Assembly: GCA_965237905.1 (NCBI GenBank)
Contig: OZ250172.1
Coordinates: 1,312,001-1,376,000 of the forward strand
Direction: 5' to 3'
From: Nitrospinaceae bacterium
GTDB lineage: Bacteria > Nitrospinota > Nitrospinia > Nitrospinales > Nitrospinaceae
DNA: 64,000 nt
Positions 1-8,910 of the stretch are shown here, piece after piece; within the stretch, counting starts at the first letter, position 1, and each line of letters starts with the position of its first letter. The position numbers and the translations under genes were made by a program. The notes beneath the pieces are model-generated. The model saw nothing but the letters and a program-made list of their open reading frames with translations, was not told the origin of the DNA and did not search any database.

Positions 1-2
1 AC

Positions 3-116
3 CCCAAACAATTTATCACCCGGGGAAGAATGCCGCTTTACACGTTTGACGAAGAAACCCTGCGAAAAATGACCCAATACATCATGTCCCACAAAAAGGA
101 TCCTAAAAGTAAATGA
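3..116 (+). CDS. 3' end of probable c-type cytochrome (partial, runs off window)
   Basis: Frame 3 reads PKQFITRGRMPLYTFDEETLRKMTQYIMSHKKDPKSK*; MP distal-ligand motif plus C-terminal helix; ATGA overlap with next gene. Confidence 0.5.
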   Translation, partial: PKQFITRGRMPLYTFDEETLRKMTQYIMSHKKDPKSK

Positions 117-553
117 ACCGTGTCTTGATTTTAATCGGGGGAGTCGCACTGATGGCTATACTCGCCGGGTGCGGCCAAGACCCGGCGGAGGAAAAACCAT
201 CGCCGTCTTCCACTGCGTCCGCGCCATCCGCGCCTTCTCCAGCCCCTCGCGCACATCCGGTCACCCAGGAGACCCGCGACACGTATCAGTTTTACTGCGC
301 CCAATGTCATGGCACCGACGGACATGGCACTGGCATCAACGCACCCTACCTGACCGTTCCGCCACGCGACCACACCAAGGCCGCTTATCTCGAAACCCGC
401 ACCGACGAACATTTGTTCACCGCCATTCAGCAAGGCGGGTTGGCGGTCGGCCGGGCACCTTGCATGCCCAGTTGGCAACGCACACTGGATGAGAACACCA
501 TGCACTCCCTGGTGAGTTATATCCGCGAGCTATGCCAATGCGAGGCCCTGTAA
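113..553 (+). CDS. c-type cytochrome lipoprotein
   Basis: Lipobox LAGC, Pro/Ser/Ala linker, CAQCH heme motif, CMP distal Met. Confidence 0.9.
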   Translation: MNRVLILIGGVALMAILAGCGQDPAEEKPSPSSTASAPSAPSPAPRAHPVTQETRDTYQFYCAQCHGTDGHGTGINAPYLTVPPRDHTKAAYLETRTDEHLFTAIQQGGLAVGRAPCMPSWQRTLDENTMHSLVSYIRELCQCEAL

Positions 554-681
554 CCGGCTAATTGTCATCTAATCCTAAAAATAGTATAGTGAGCCTCCGA
601 TGATCCCCACGGCGCCCCAAGGAAGCCTTGCGTTGCCCCGGCGTCCGCATCATCTCAATTCAAACCAATAGGAAGTGACCC

Positions 682-1974
682 ATGGTAGAAGTCGTGCCGT
701 TCAACGGCCTGCGTTACAACGAGGAAAAATCCGGCCCTCTTTCTGAGTTGATTGCACCGCCGTATGATGTCATCCGCCCGAACCTGCAGGAGGAGTTGTA
801 TGCGCGTAACCCGCACAACGTGGTGCGACTGATCCTGGGCAAACAGAGTGAAGACGACAACGACGCCAACAGCCGGTACACGCGGTCGGCCAAAGACTTT
901 ACGGATTGGCAGTCAAAGGGTATTTTGAAGGAAGACGCGGTACCGTCATTTTATGTTTACAGCCAGGAATACACGTTCAACGGACAAACCAACAACCGCA
1001 TCGGTTTTTTCGTGCGGGTACGGCTGGAAGACTTTGACAAAGGCAATATCTGTCCACACGAATTCACCCTCGCCAAAGCCAAGAAAGATCGGGCGCAATT
1101 GATACGCGCCTGCCGCGCCAACTTCAGCCCGGTGTTCGGTTTGTTTTCGGACCCCGGAGGAGTGATTGACGGTAAGCTTGCGGAAATCATCGAACAGCCT
1201 CCTTTGACGGAAATCGATGAGGACTCCGTGATTCACCGGATGTGGCAGGTGGACGATGCGGAAACGGTTCAGTTTTTATCGGGAAGTTTCAAGGATAAGA
1301 AAGTGTATATTGCGGACGGCCATCACCGCTACGAAACCTCACTGGCCTATCACAAAGAACACGGGGCAGAAGTTCCCGACTCGGCGCATGTGATGATGTT
1401 TCTCACCAATCTGGATGCGCAGTCGCTGGCCATTTATCCGATCCACCGTCAATTGAAATGCCCCACACCTTTCACACGGGAACATTGCATCGAACAACTG
1501 ACGCCCTATTTCGACGTAGAACAATTGCCTAAAGGACAATCCGCCGATCAGCTCACGGCCCGGCTCGAAAAAACGGGAAAAGATGGAATCGTCTTCTGCG
1601 CATATCTGGGTCAGGGAGGCGCCCTTCTTTTAAAACTCAAAGATATTAAAAATATCGTTCCCTTTATGGAGGATGACTCCACCGACCTGAAGGTTCTGGA
1701 TGTGTACCAACTCCACACTTTGGTTTTGAGAGAACTTTTGGGAATCGATACACGCAAACCGGAGCATCAGCAATACATCACTTACAACGTGCGCACCGAG
1801 GAGTCGATGGCCAACGTGGATGCAGGCACATTCGACCTGGTGATCTTCATGAACGCCACGCGCATGGAGCAGGTCCGCCAATTGGCCGAAAAGGGAATCC
1901 GCCTGCCGCAGAAAGCCACTTACTTTTATCCAAAATTGCTTTCGGGTCTGGTGATCAACCGATTCAAACCATGA
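682..1974 (+). CDS. DUF1015 family protein
   Basis: PF.GLRY, APPYDVI, PHE.T, IADGHHRYET, LPQKATYFYPKLLSGL motifs. Confidence 0.9.
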   Translation: MVEVVPFNGLRYNEEKSGPLSELIAPPYDVIRPNLQEELYARNPHNVVRLILGKQSEDDNDANSRYTRSAKDFTDWQSKGILKEDAVPSFYVYSQEYTFNGQTNNRIGFFVRVRLEDFDKGNICPHEFTLAKAKKDRAQLIRACRANFSPVFGLFSDPGGVIDGKLAEIIEQPPLTEIDEDSVIHRMWQVDDAETVQFLSGSFKDKKVYIADGHHRYETSLAYHKEHGAEVPDSAHVMMFLTNLDAQSLAIYPIHRQLKCPTPFTREHCIEQLTPYFDVEQLPKGQSADQLTARLEKTGKDGIVFCAYLGQGGALLLKLKDIKNIVPFMEDDSTDLKVLDVYQLHTLVLRELLGIDTRKPEHQQYITYNVRTEESMANVDAGTFDLVIFMNATRMEQVRQLAEKGIRLPQKATYFYPKLLSGLVINRFKP

Positions 1975-2621
1975 AAATCATTTCCGCTGAGTTTATGATC
2001 AGCGCGGTGTCCGACGAGCAGTATCCGCGTGGGGTTTTACCGGAGATTGCTTTTGTCGGACGCTCCAACGTCGGCAAATCGTCGCTCATCAATTCCCTGC
2101 TCAACCGGGAAAAACTGGTCAAGACCAGCTCCACCCCCGGCAAAACCCAGATGATCAACTTTTTCGACGTGAATCACGAATTCGTGTGCGCCGATCTCCC
2201 CGGTTATGGATTCGCGAAAGTCCCCAAGGCCGTTCAAAAGAAATGGCAGAGCCTGGTCGAACAGTATTTAACAAGCCGGGAGAATTTGCGAACGGTGATC
2301 TTCATCGTTGATATCCGTAGAAAACCGACCGATCTCGATCTGCACATGCAGGAATGGTTGGAGCAATATGAAGTGGACTACATTCTGGTCGCGACGAAAG
2401 CCGACAAACTTTCCCAGGCGGAACAAAGCAAGCAACTCAAACAGATTCGGCAGGCATTTTTGAAAGATGCGAAACAGGAAATGGTGGCCTACTCCAGCAA
2501 AAACCAAAGAGGCCGCAAAGAACTCTGGAAACTTTTACAAAAACGAATTGAAAACACCGATTTCTCGTCCAAAAAAAATGGGGTCGACCTCATCCAACCC
2601 GGACAAGATGACCCCATTTAA
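1971..2621 (+). CDS. engB: Ribosome biogenesis GTPase YihA/YsxC/EngB
   Basis: GRSNVGKSS, STPGKTQ, DLPGYG, TKADK motifs. Confidence 0.97.
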   Translation: MKIISAEFMISAVSDEQYPRGVLPEIAFVGRSNVGKSSLINSLLNREKLVKTSSTPGKTQMINFFDVNHEFVCADLPGYGFAKVPKAVQKKWQSLVEQYLTSRENLRTVIFIVDIRRKPTDLDLHMQEWLEQYEVDYILVATKADKLSQAEQSKQLKQIRQAFLKDAKQEMVAYSSKNQRGRKELWKLLQKRIENTDFSSKKNGVDLIQPGQDDPI

Positions 2622-2644
2622 GTATTAGAGGGTTGATCGATGAA

Positions 2645-2971
2645 CTATCCCCACATTTCTTCCGGGAGCTCCAAGCGCTCGACTTTCTTTCCGCCGACGA
2701 TATGGGACTCCAGAATTTCTTCCACGTCATCCGGTTTCACTTTAGTGTACCAGACGCCTTCCGGGTAAACGACCACGACGGGACCCATCGAACACGGCCC
2801 CATACACCCGGCGGTGGTGATCAACGCTTTTCCAAACAGCATCTTTTGTTCGATGCCCATGCTCAGTTTTTCAAAAACTTCGTTGGCCTGATGTTCCCCA
2901 CAGGAACCCCGGGGGTGCCCCGGCGGCCGTTGATTGGTACACACAATAATATGATGTGTTGGTTTCGGCAT
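2645..2971 (-). CDS. Thioredoxin-like (2Fe-2S) ferredoxin
   Basis: CTNQR..GSC..GCMGPC..GP..VYPEGVWY; start moved to ATG 2971 after AGGAGGAG RBS. Confidence 0.92.
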   Translation of the reverse strand: MPKPTHHIIVCTNQRPPGHPRGSCGEHQANEVFEKLSMGIEQKMLFGKALITTAGCMGPCSMGPVVVVYPEGVWYTKVKPDDVEEILESHIVGGKKVERLELPEEMWG

Positions 2972-3228
2972 ACTCCTCCTCCAAATGATACGGATACAGT
3001 TCTGATTTTGGATGTTCAAAACACATAAACGATTTGCTTATTATAGAAAAATAGGCTTCGAACTCCTAAAAAGACTCCTTATAAACGAAAAAACCACCCC
3101 TGGAAACGAACCGCTGGGGTTTGCTCCCGGAGGTGAGGCGGTAGTATACTATAACTTGTAAATAGTTCGACCACCTGTTTCGATTATTTGCTTTTCTCAT
3201 TCCCAAACTTTTAAATTTTCAGGATTTC

Positions 3229-4299
3229 ATGCCCAAAAATACCCTGACGGGGAACCTATTCGCGGAACCACGATTCGATGAGCCGTACCTGGTGGAAGCG
3301 GCGCATCAGGCGCTGGGCCGGCCCGTGGCTCATGTCGGGTTCTCCCCGTTGCAGGGCGACGCCTCGACCCGCCAATACTACCGCCTGTCCGTGGAATACC
3401 AAGAGGGTGCATCGGAGCCGCAGACCCTGATCCTCATGCAATTGGAAGCACCCAACGTCCGAGGCGAAACCGATTTCATCCGCATTTTAAAATTCCTGCA
3501 AGGAATCCACCAACCGGTGCCGGAATTGTTTCATTTCGATGCGGAGCGCGGACTTTTGCTGCTACAAGACTGCGGAGACCTCACGCTGGAGACATTCCTG
3601 CACTCTGCTGACCCGGCAACAGTGAAGAACTGGTACCTGAAAGCCGTGCACCTGCTGGCGGACATGCAGATAGAGGCCACGCGGGTTATCGGTGCGGATT
3701 GTCCTGCGTATCACTTGAAATTTGATGTGGAAAAATTAATGTGGGAAATGGACTTCATGCTGGAGCATTTTATCGAAGGCACCCGGCAGAATAACCTGAA
3801 AGCCGCCACCCGCAAGGAAATCCGCAAACAATTGACCGCCCTGTGCACCCTGCTTGCCGATCAAACCCCCTGGTTCACGCACCGGGACTACCACAGCCGC
3901 AACTTGATGGTCCACAACGACGGATTGGTTCTCCTGGATTTCCAGGACGCACGTATGGGACCGAGTCAATACGATCTGGCATCACTGCTTCGCGATTCTT
4001 ATCTGCCCCTTCCCGATGCCCTGGTATGGGAATTGGTGGACGCCTTCATTCAAAAAAAACAGGAGCGGGAGCATCACACCATCGACCGGGAGGAGTTTAT
4101 CCGGATTTTCGACGTTATGTCGATTCAAAGAAACCTGAAAGCCATCGGTACTTTTGCCTACCAGAAAAAAATTAAAAATAACGATCGTTACATGAGGTAT
4201 ATTGCACCCACACTTGAATACGTCCGTCAGGCCTTCATTCGGCGCACTGAACTGAAGCCTTTACACACTGTTTTGTCGGAAACGATTCCTGAGCTGTAG
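3229..4299 (+). CDS. amgK: Phosphotransferase, AmgK-like (MurNAc/GlcNAc kinase family)
   Basis: GDASTRQYYR, HRDYHSRNLM, LDFQDA..GP..YDLASLLRD, QRNLKAIGTF. Confidence 0.8.
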   Translation: MPKNTLTGNLFAEPRFDEPYLVEAAHQALGRPVAHVGFSPLQGDASTRQYYRLSVEYQEGASEPQTLILMQLEAPNVRGETDFIRILKFLQGIHQPVPELFHFDAERGLLLLQDCGDLTLETFLHSADPATVKNWYLKAVHLLADMQIEATRVIGADCPAYHLKFDVEKLMWEMDFMLEHFIEGTRQNNLKAATRKEIRKQLTALCTLLADQTPWFTHRDYHSRNLMVHNDGLVLLDFQDARMGPSQYDLASLLRDSYLPLPDALVWELVDAFIQKKQEREHHTIDREEFIRIFDVMSIQRNLKAIGTFAYQKKIKNNDRYMRYIAPTLEYVRQAFIRRTELKPLHTVLSETIPEL

Positions 4300-4323
4300 A
4301 ACCCAAATGCGGAAAACCCCTTC

Positions 4324-5427
4324 ATGAGTATTTTAAAGCGTTACATTCTTGGGCAATTTATCAAAACCTACGCTCTCACGGTGGGCGCCCTGGTGGGAAT
4401 GTTCATTGTGATTGACGGTTTTGAACGGCTGGACGAATTCGTCACCAGGAACGCGGGTGTGAGTGACTTTCTGATTTACTATTTTTTGAAAATTCCGTTC
4501 ATCCTGTCCTACATGGCGCCGCAGTCGGTACTCGTTGCCACTGTCATCACACTGGCCACCTTGTCCCGGAATAACGAATTCATAGCCATGAAAGCTTGCG
4601 GCATCGGGGTCACCGGCCTCACGCTTCCCATCATTAGTTTCTCGGTGTTTCTGGCACTGAGCCTAATGATCTGCAATGAATTCGTAACCCCCGTCACCAG
4701 CCAGAAAATGAATTATATACTCAACATCAAGGTGCGGGGTGCGGTGGATCAGTCGAAGCAGATGCGCGACCGTTTATGGATTCGATCCGGCAATGGCTCC
4801 ATCTGGAACATCAACTATTACGACCCGGTGAAGTCTCTTATGAAGGGAGTCAGTTTGTACACCTTCGACCCAAACCGGCCCGATATCCGCCAACGCATCG
4901 ACGCGGAGAGCGCATTATGGAACGGACAGCAATGGGAGTTCTTCAACGGATATATCCGTTTCTTTAAACCCGACGGAGTGGATTCTACCAAATACTTCAA
5001 AAGAGAAATTTTTCCGGCGCTCGAAAAACCAGCCGATTTTAAAAAACTGCAAAGACGTCCTGAAGAAATGAGCGCCCGGTATATGTACGAAACGATCCAG
5101 AAACAGGAAAAAGAAGGCCTGGACGCGACACGTACCTGGATCGATCTCCACCAGAAACTGTCCTATCCATTTATCAGTGTGGTCTTGGCTCTGATCGGCA
5201 TCCCTCTGTCCATCCGCTCCAGCCGGAAAGGAGGCCTGTTGTTCTGTGTCTGGATGAGTCTGGTAACCGGATTTATCTTCTCTTTCTTTTATGCGTTGGG
5301 GATATCCTTTGGGTATAAAGGAGTGTTCCCCCCTGTCCTGGCGGCATGGGGGCCCTGCCTGTTATTTATCTGTATCGGATTTTACATGTTGTTGACCATG
5401 GACAGCGAAAAACTGCTACCCACCTAG
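4324..5427 (+). CDS. lptG: LPS export ABC permease, LptF/LptG family (LptG-like)
   Basis: ILKRYI N-terminus, SRNNEFIAMKACG, periplasmic jellyroll region, LAAWGP. Confidence 0.85.
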   Translation: MSILKRYILGQFIKTYALTVGALVGMFIVIDGFERLDEFVTRNAGVSDFLIYYFLKIPFILSYMAPQSVLVATVITLATLSRNNEFIAMKACGIGVTGLTLPIISFSVFLALSLMICNEFVTPVTSQKMNYILNIKVRGAVDQSKQMRDRLWIRSGNGSIWNINYYDPVKSLMKGVSLYTFDPNRPDIRQRIDAESALWNGQQWEFFNGYIRFFKPDGVDSTKYFKREIFPALEKPADFKKLQRRPEEMSARYMYETIQKQEKEGLDATRTWIDLHQKLSYPFISVVLALIGIPLSIRSSRKGGLLFCVWMSLVTGFIFSFFYALGISFGYKGVFPPVLAAWGPCLLFICIGFYMLLTMDSEKLLPT

Positions 5428-5431
5428 CCCC

Positions 5432-6355
5432 ATGAACACATTCGGATCCATTGACATCGGCTCCAACACGGTCCGACTGCTTGTTATGGAAGCGGACGAT
5501 GCAGGAGGCTTTAAAGAAGTGGACTCCGAGCGGGTCATTTGCCGCCTGGGCGAAGGCATCAACTCCGAAAAACGATTACTGCCGCACCGAATGGATCTGA
5601 CGCTGGGTGTGTTGCAACGATTCCGCGACCAATGCCGAAAGTACGGCGACATTCCGATCCGAGTGGTGGCCACCAGCGCTGTACGGGAAGCCTCGAACCG
5701 GGAGGAGTTTGTGCATCTGGCGCAAGAACGGGCCGGACTGGACGTACAGGTGATTTCATGGGAGGAGGAAGCCCGGCTCACGGTCGAGGGCGTGTTCTGG
5801 AAACTTCCCTCGTCCGGCAAAACACTCATCTTTGATATCGGCGGCGGAAGCACCGAGTTTATTTTTTCCCAAGACAAACAAGTATTGGCATCCGCCGGCA
5901 CCTCCCTCGGCGTCGTGCGCCTCACCGAGCAGTTTATCTCCCAGCACCCGGTCGACGCCGCGGAATATCAAAATTTAAAAAACCATGTCCGGGAACAACT
6001 GGACCGGGTCCATTTTCGGCTGGGCGACCCGAGTCCGGAAAAACTGATCGGCACCGCCGGTACCGTGACCACTCTGGCGGCAATGGACTGCAATATATTC
6101 CCCTACGATCCCGAGAAAATCCACGGCCTTGTCCTCCCGCTGGATAATATTCAACGCCTGTTCGAGGACCTGAAATCGAAATCTCTCGAACAACGGCTGG
6201 AAATTCCATCCCTGGAACGGGGCCGCGAAGACCTGATCATTGCCGGAACCACCCTGGTCTTGGAAACGATGAAAGCCTTCCATTGCTCGCACTTGACGGT
6301 CAGCGAGTACAGCCTGCGCGAGGGGATTGTGCTCCAGGCCGCCCGAGACCAGTAA
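5432..6355 (+). CDS. ppx: Ppx/GppA exopolyphosphatase
   Basis: IDIGSNTVRL, ATSAVREASN, EEARL, DIGGGSTE, LREG. Confidence 0.93.
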   Translation: MNTFGSIDIGSNTVRLLVMEADDAGGFKEVDSERVICRLGEGINSEKRLLPHRMDLTLGVLQRFRDQCRKYGDIPIRVVATSAVREASNREEFVHLAQERAGLDVQVISWEEEARLTVEGVFWKLPSSGKTLIFDIGGGSTEFIFSQDKQVLASAGTSLGVVRLTEQFISQHPVDAAEYQNLKNHVREQLDRVHFRLGDPSPEKLIGTAGTVTTLAAMDCNIFPYDPEKIHGLVLPLDNIQRLFEDLKSKSLEQRLEIPSLERGREDLIIAGTTLVLETMKAFHCSHLTVSEYSLREGIVLQAARDQ

Positions 6356-6467
6356 TCCCTCTTCATGGCCCTTCCTCAGTAACCCCGGTTTTCCACAACA
6401 TGTTCAGCGATATTCTGCCAGACTGCTCGGAATACACCCTATTTTGAAGCACTAAACTTATATATTT

Positions 6468-6628
6468 AAAGGGTTAAGAGGCACCCGGTACATTTCAATG
6501 GTAATACATAGAAATTCTAAGTAAACTAGTAGGATCGAACCCGTTTCCCCTTGCGATGATGAGTGGGCAAACAACCTACGGCTCTCTAGAACGGAAGCTG
6601 GGGCTCCCGGAGGGGTACCTGGACCTTT
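6468..6628. ncRNA. Candidate rod-shaped structured RNA (6S-like architecture)
   Basis: Nested pairings found by eye: aaagg/ccttt, aggcaccc/gggtacct, ttcta/tagaa, gtagg/cctac, cccgttt/gagtggg around a central bubble; not model-verified. Confidence 0.25.
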
Positions 6629-6686
6629 CTCCAATAAAGGGGTGGGTCTGAATTTAATAAAGAGCGGCTGGAATATTGAAGGTCCC

Positions 6687-7226
6687 ATGATTACTCTTCG
6701 GTGGTTTGGCCTGTACTGCATTCTTTTGGGATTGCTGGCCTGTTTGACAGTTCCAGAAGATCCGGCATTGCAACACTCGAAGAAACCGGGGGGTCCATCG
6801 GAGCCGCCCGCACAAAACTATGTGGGACTCAAAATACCGCCAATGCCCAAAGGGCATGAAACGGAATTGGGATATCTGTTAGGGCCGGAAGACCAGGGCA
6901 AGCACTCCATCGAAGTGGTGAGCTTCGGATCAAAAAAAATAGTCTGGATGGGGCGTCTTCTTTATCACGATGAGAAAGGCAGGGCACACTGGGAAATAAT
7001 AGCGGCGCTCCCGCCCCGGCCCTTGCCGACGGGCTACCATGTTTCGCGCGGCAACTGCCTGAATCATAACAAGCCGCAACCGGAAATCGTGGCCATTTTA
7101 AAAATGGAAGATAAGAAAACGTTGACCCAAATCCACAAAGCATGGAAGGCGGACCCGCAAAAAGAAACGTTCGAACCATTGCCACTCGAAGGCATTCAAT
7201 GCAGTAACGAAAGATTCAACCATTAA
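6687..7226 (+). CDS. Hypothetical lipoprotein
   Basis: Hydrophobic signal ending LLAC; two further Cys; ATG at 6687. Confidence 0.7.
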   Translation: MITLRWFGLYCILLGLLACLTVPEDPALQHSKKPGGPSEPPAQNYVGLKIPPMPKGHETELGYLLGPEDQGKHSIEVVSFGSKKIVWMGRLLYHDEKGRAHWEIIAALPPRPLPTGYHVSRGNCLNHNKPQPEIVAILKMEDKKTLTQIHKAWKADPQKETFEPLPLEGIQCSNERFNH

Positions 7227-7319
7227 TACAATTTTTGTCTAACAGATTTATAAACTATCCCCAGAAAATCATTATCAATGACACAACAATTTAATCATCA
7301 TATTGGGAAAGGAAAAATT

Positions 7320-7967
7320 ATGAAACGTATTTACTTATTCATGTTCCTGGCTGTATGGATGTTTGCGGCCTGTTCATCCACCGGCGACACCGTCAAAACG
7401 GATGCTCTGGTAGAAACAAACACCAGCGAAGTATTTCACCATCCAGGCGCCGGCTTTAGCGTGACCAAGCCTATGGATTGGCAGTATTTGTCTCCGGAAA
7501 TGGTCAAAACGGCAAGCGAATCCACAAAATGGAACGACGCCGAACTGGAAAAAGCAATTAAGGAAAACCCCAATTCGCCTCTGGTGGTGCTGACCCGGTA
7601 CCAGGAGCCTTATCCGACTCTCAACCCGAGCGTTGCCGTCACCATGGTTAATCTGCCTGTTGAAGGCATGCCCCCGAAGGATATTTTGAATATGTCCACG
7701 GAAGTGCTGAAGCGTGCGTATCCGGACCTGACCTATGTGGATGAAGTCCAGGATGCCAATGTGGATGGCATTAACGGAGCTTACACCAAGATCAAATACA
7801 CCATGTCCGCAGGCGACCGGAAATTCCCGACCCTGACCCGCATGTGGTTGGTACCGCGCGGGAAAATCATGTTCACCGTCGGCATGTCCGGTCCGCAGGA
7901 TGGTCCGGATGTTTCCGAGGACACCTTTAAGAAAATCCTGAAATCCATCAAGATTGAACAAAAGTAG
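7320..7967 (+). CDS. Lipoprotein, probable PsbP/DcrB-like fold
   Basis: Lipobox FAAC; GFSVTKP.DW and C-terminal F..IL.SI pattern. Confidence 0.7.
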   Translation: MKRIYLFMFLAVWMFAACSSTGDTVKTDALVETNTSEVFHHPGAGFSVTKPMDWQYLSPEMVKTASESTKWNDAELEKAIKENPNSPLVVLTRYQEPYPTLNPSVAVTMVNLPVEGMPPKDILNMSTEVLKRAYPDLTYVDEVQDANVDGINGAYTKIKYTMSAGDRKFPTLTRMWLVPRGKIMFTVGMSGPQDGPDVSEDTFKKILKSIKIEQK

Positions 7968-7981
7968 TCTGGTGTGTTATG

Positions 7982-8019
7982 TTAAGGACGGCTCTTCGGA
8001 GCCGTCCTTAAACTTTTTT
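7982..8019 (+). terminator. Rho-independent terminator-like hairpin
   Basis: Perfect 13-bp stem ttaaggacggctc-TTCG-gagccgtccttaa followed by T run. Confidence 0.85.
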
Positions 8020-8030
8020 AAAAGAAATTC

Positions 8031-8747
8031 ATGAAACAACTTCAAATCTTTTTAATGGTATTAGTGTTTGGTATGTTTGCGGCCTTCTCCGCCACTCCAA
8101 GTTGGACCGCTCAATCAGACATCAAAGACACCTCCACTTCATCTGAAGTATCGGCGGAAGCACCGCCACCCGCGACGAAGAACGAGCCCGTTCCTGAAAA
8201 TCAAGATTCGGACAATACTTATCACAATGCTGAAGTAGGGTTCAGCATCACCAAACCCTCAAACTGGTTGTACATGAACCCGGAACTCATCAAAACTCAG
8301 GTGAGCAAGGCTCGGCTTGGCGACGAAGACCTACAGGAAATGATCAGAGAAAATCCGGCGCCTCTGCTCATGATCACCCGGTATCCCTTATCCACCCCCG
8401 CCCTCAACCCGAATGTAGTAGTCGCGCCAACCTTCATGCCCTCTGAAGACTTCTCTCCCAAGGATATAATAAATACCTCACTGGCAGTATTTAAACGTTC
8501 GTTTCCAGACTTGAGCATTGTGGATGAAGTTCAGGATGCAAAAGTCGATGGAATTGAAGGCGCTTACAGCAAGTTCAAATATACGTTATCCGTGGGAGAT
8601 CATGAGAGATTAATCATGGCTCGCATATGGTTGATGCCAAGAGGTAAAATTATATTCAATGTGGTTATGACGGGAGCACAGGAAGGCCCGGATGTTTCCG
8701 AGGAAGCTTTCAAGGAAATCCTGAGTTCCATCAAGATTGCACGATAG
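8031..8747 (+). CDS. Secreted paralog of upstream PsbP/DcrB-like protein
   Basis: Shares VDEVQDA.VDGI.GAY.K.KYT and GPDVSE..FK.IL.SIKI with 7320..7967. Confidence 0.75.
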   Translation: MKQLQIFLMVLVFGMFAAFSATPSWTAQSDIKDTSTSSEVSAEAPPPATKNEPVPENQDSDNTYHNAEVGFSITKPSNWLYMNPELIKTQVSKARLGDEDLQEMIRENPAPLLMITRYPLSTPALNPNVVVAPTFMPSEDFSPKDIINTSLAVFKRSFPDLSIVDEVQDAKVDGIEGAYSKFKYTLSVGDHERLIMARIWLMPRGKIIFNVVMTGAQEGPDVSEEAFKEILSSIKIAR

Positions 8748-8846
8748 CGGTCTCCCCCCTGCCCCCTTTAAAATCCCTCTAAATTTGCATTTTCGGCCCT
8801 TCCTGTGTTTATATATTCAGGTCGCCTCTCCCCCGGGAGTTTGGAT

Positions 8847-8875
8847 TTGACATCAATTTTCTTTTCAGATATGTT
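8847..8875 (+). promoter_or_regulatory. Putative sigma70 promoter of ilvB
   Basis: TTGACA-N17-TATGTT, 35 nt upstream of ATG. Confidence 0.5.
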
Positions 8876-8910
8876 GAACTTACACCTTAAAAATTAAAAG
8901 TTTACCGACC

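Noticed and set aside
6555..6620. c-di-GMP-I riboswitch (GGCAAAC seen)
   Set aside because: Lacks the GNRA-capped P2 and GACGCAAAG elements
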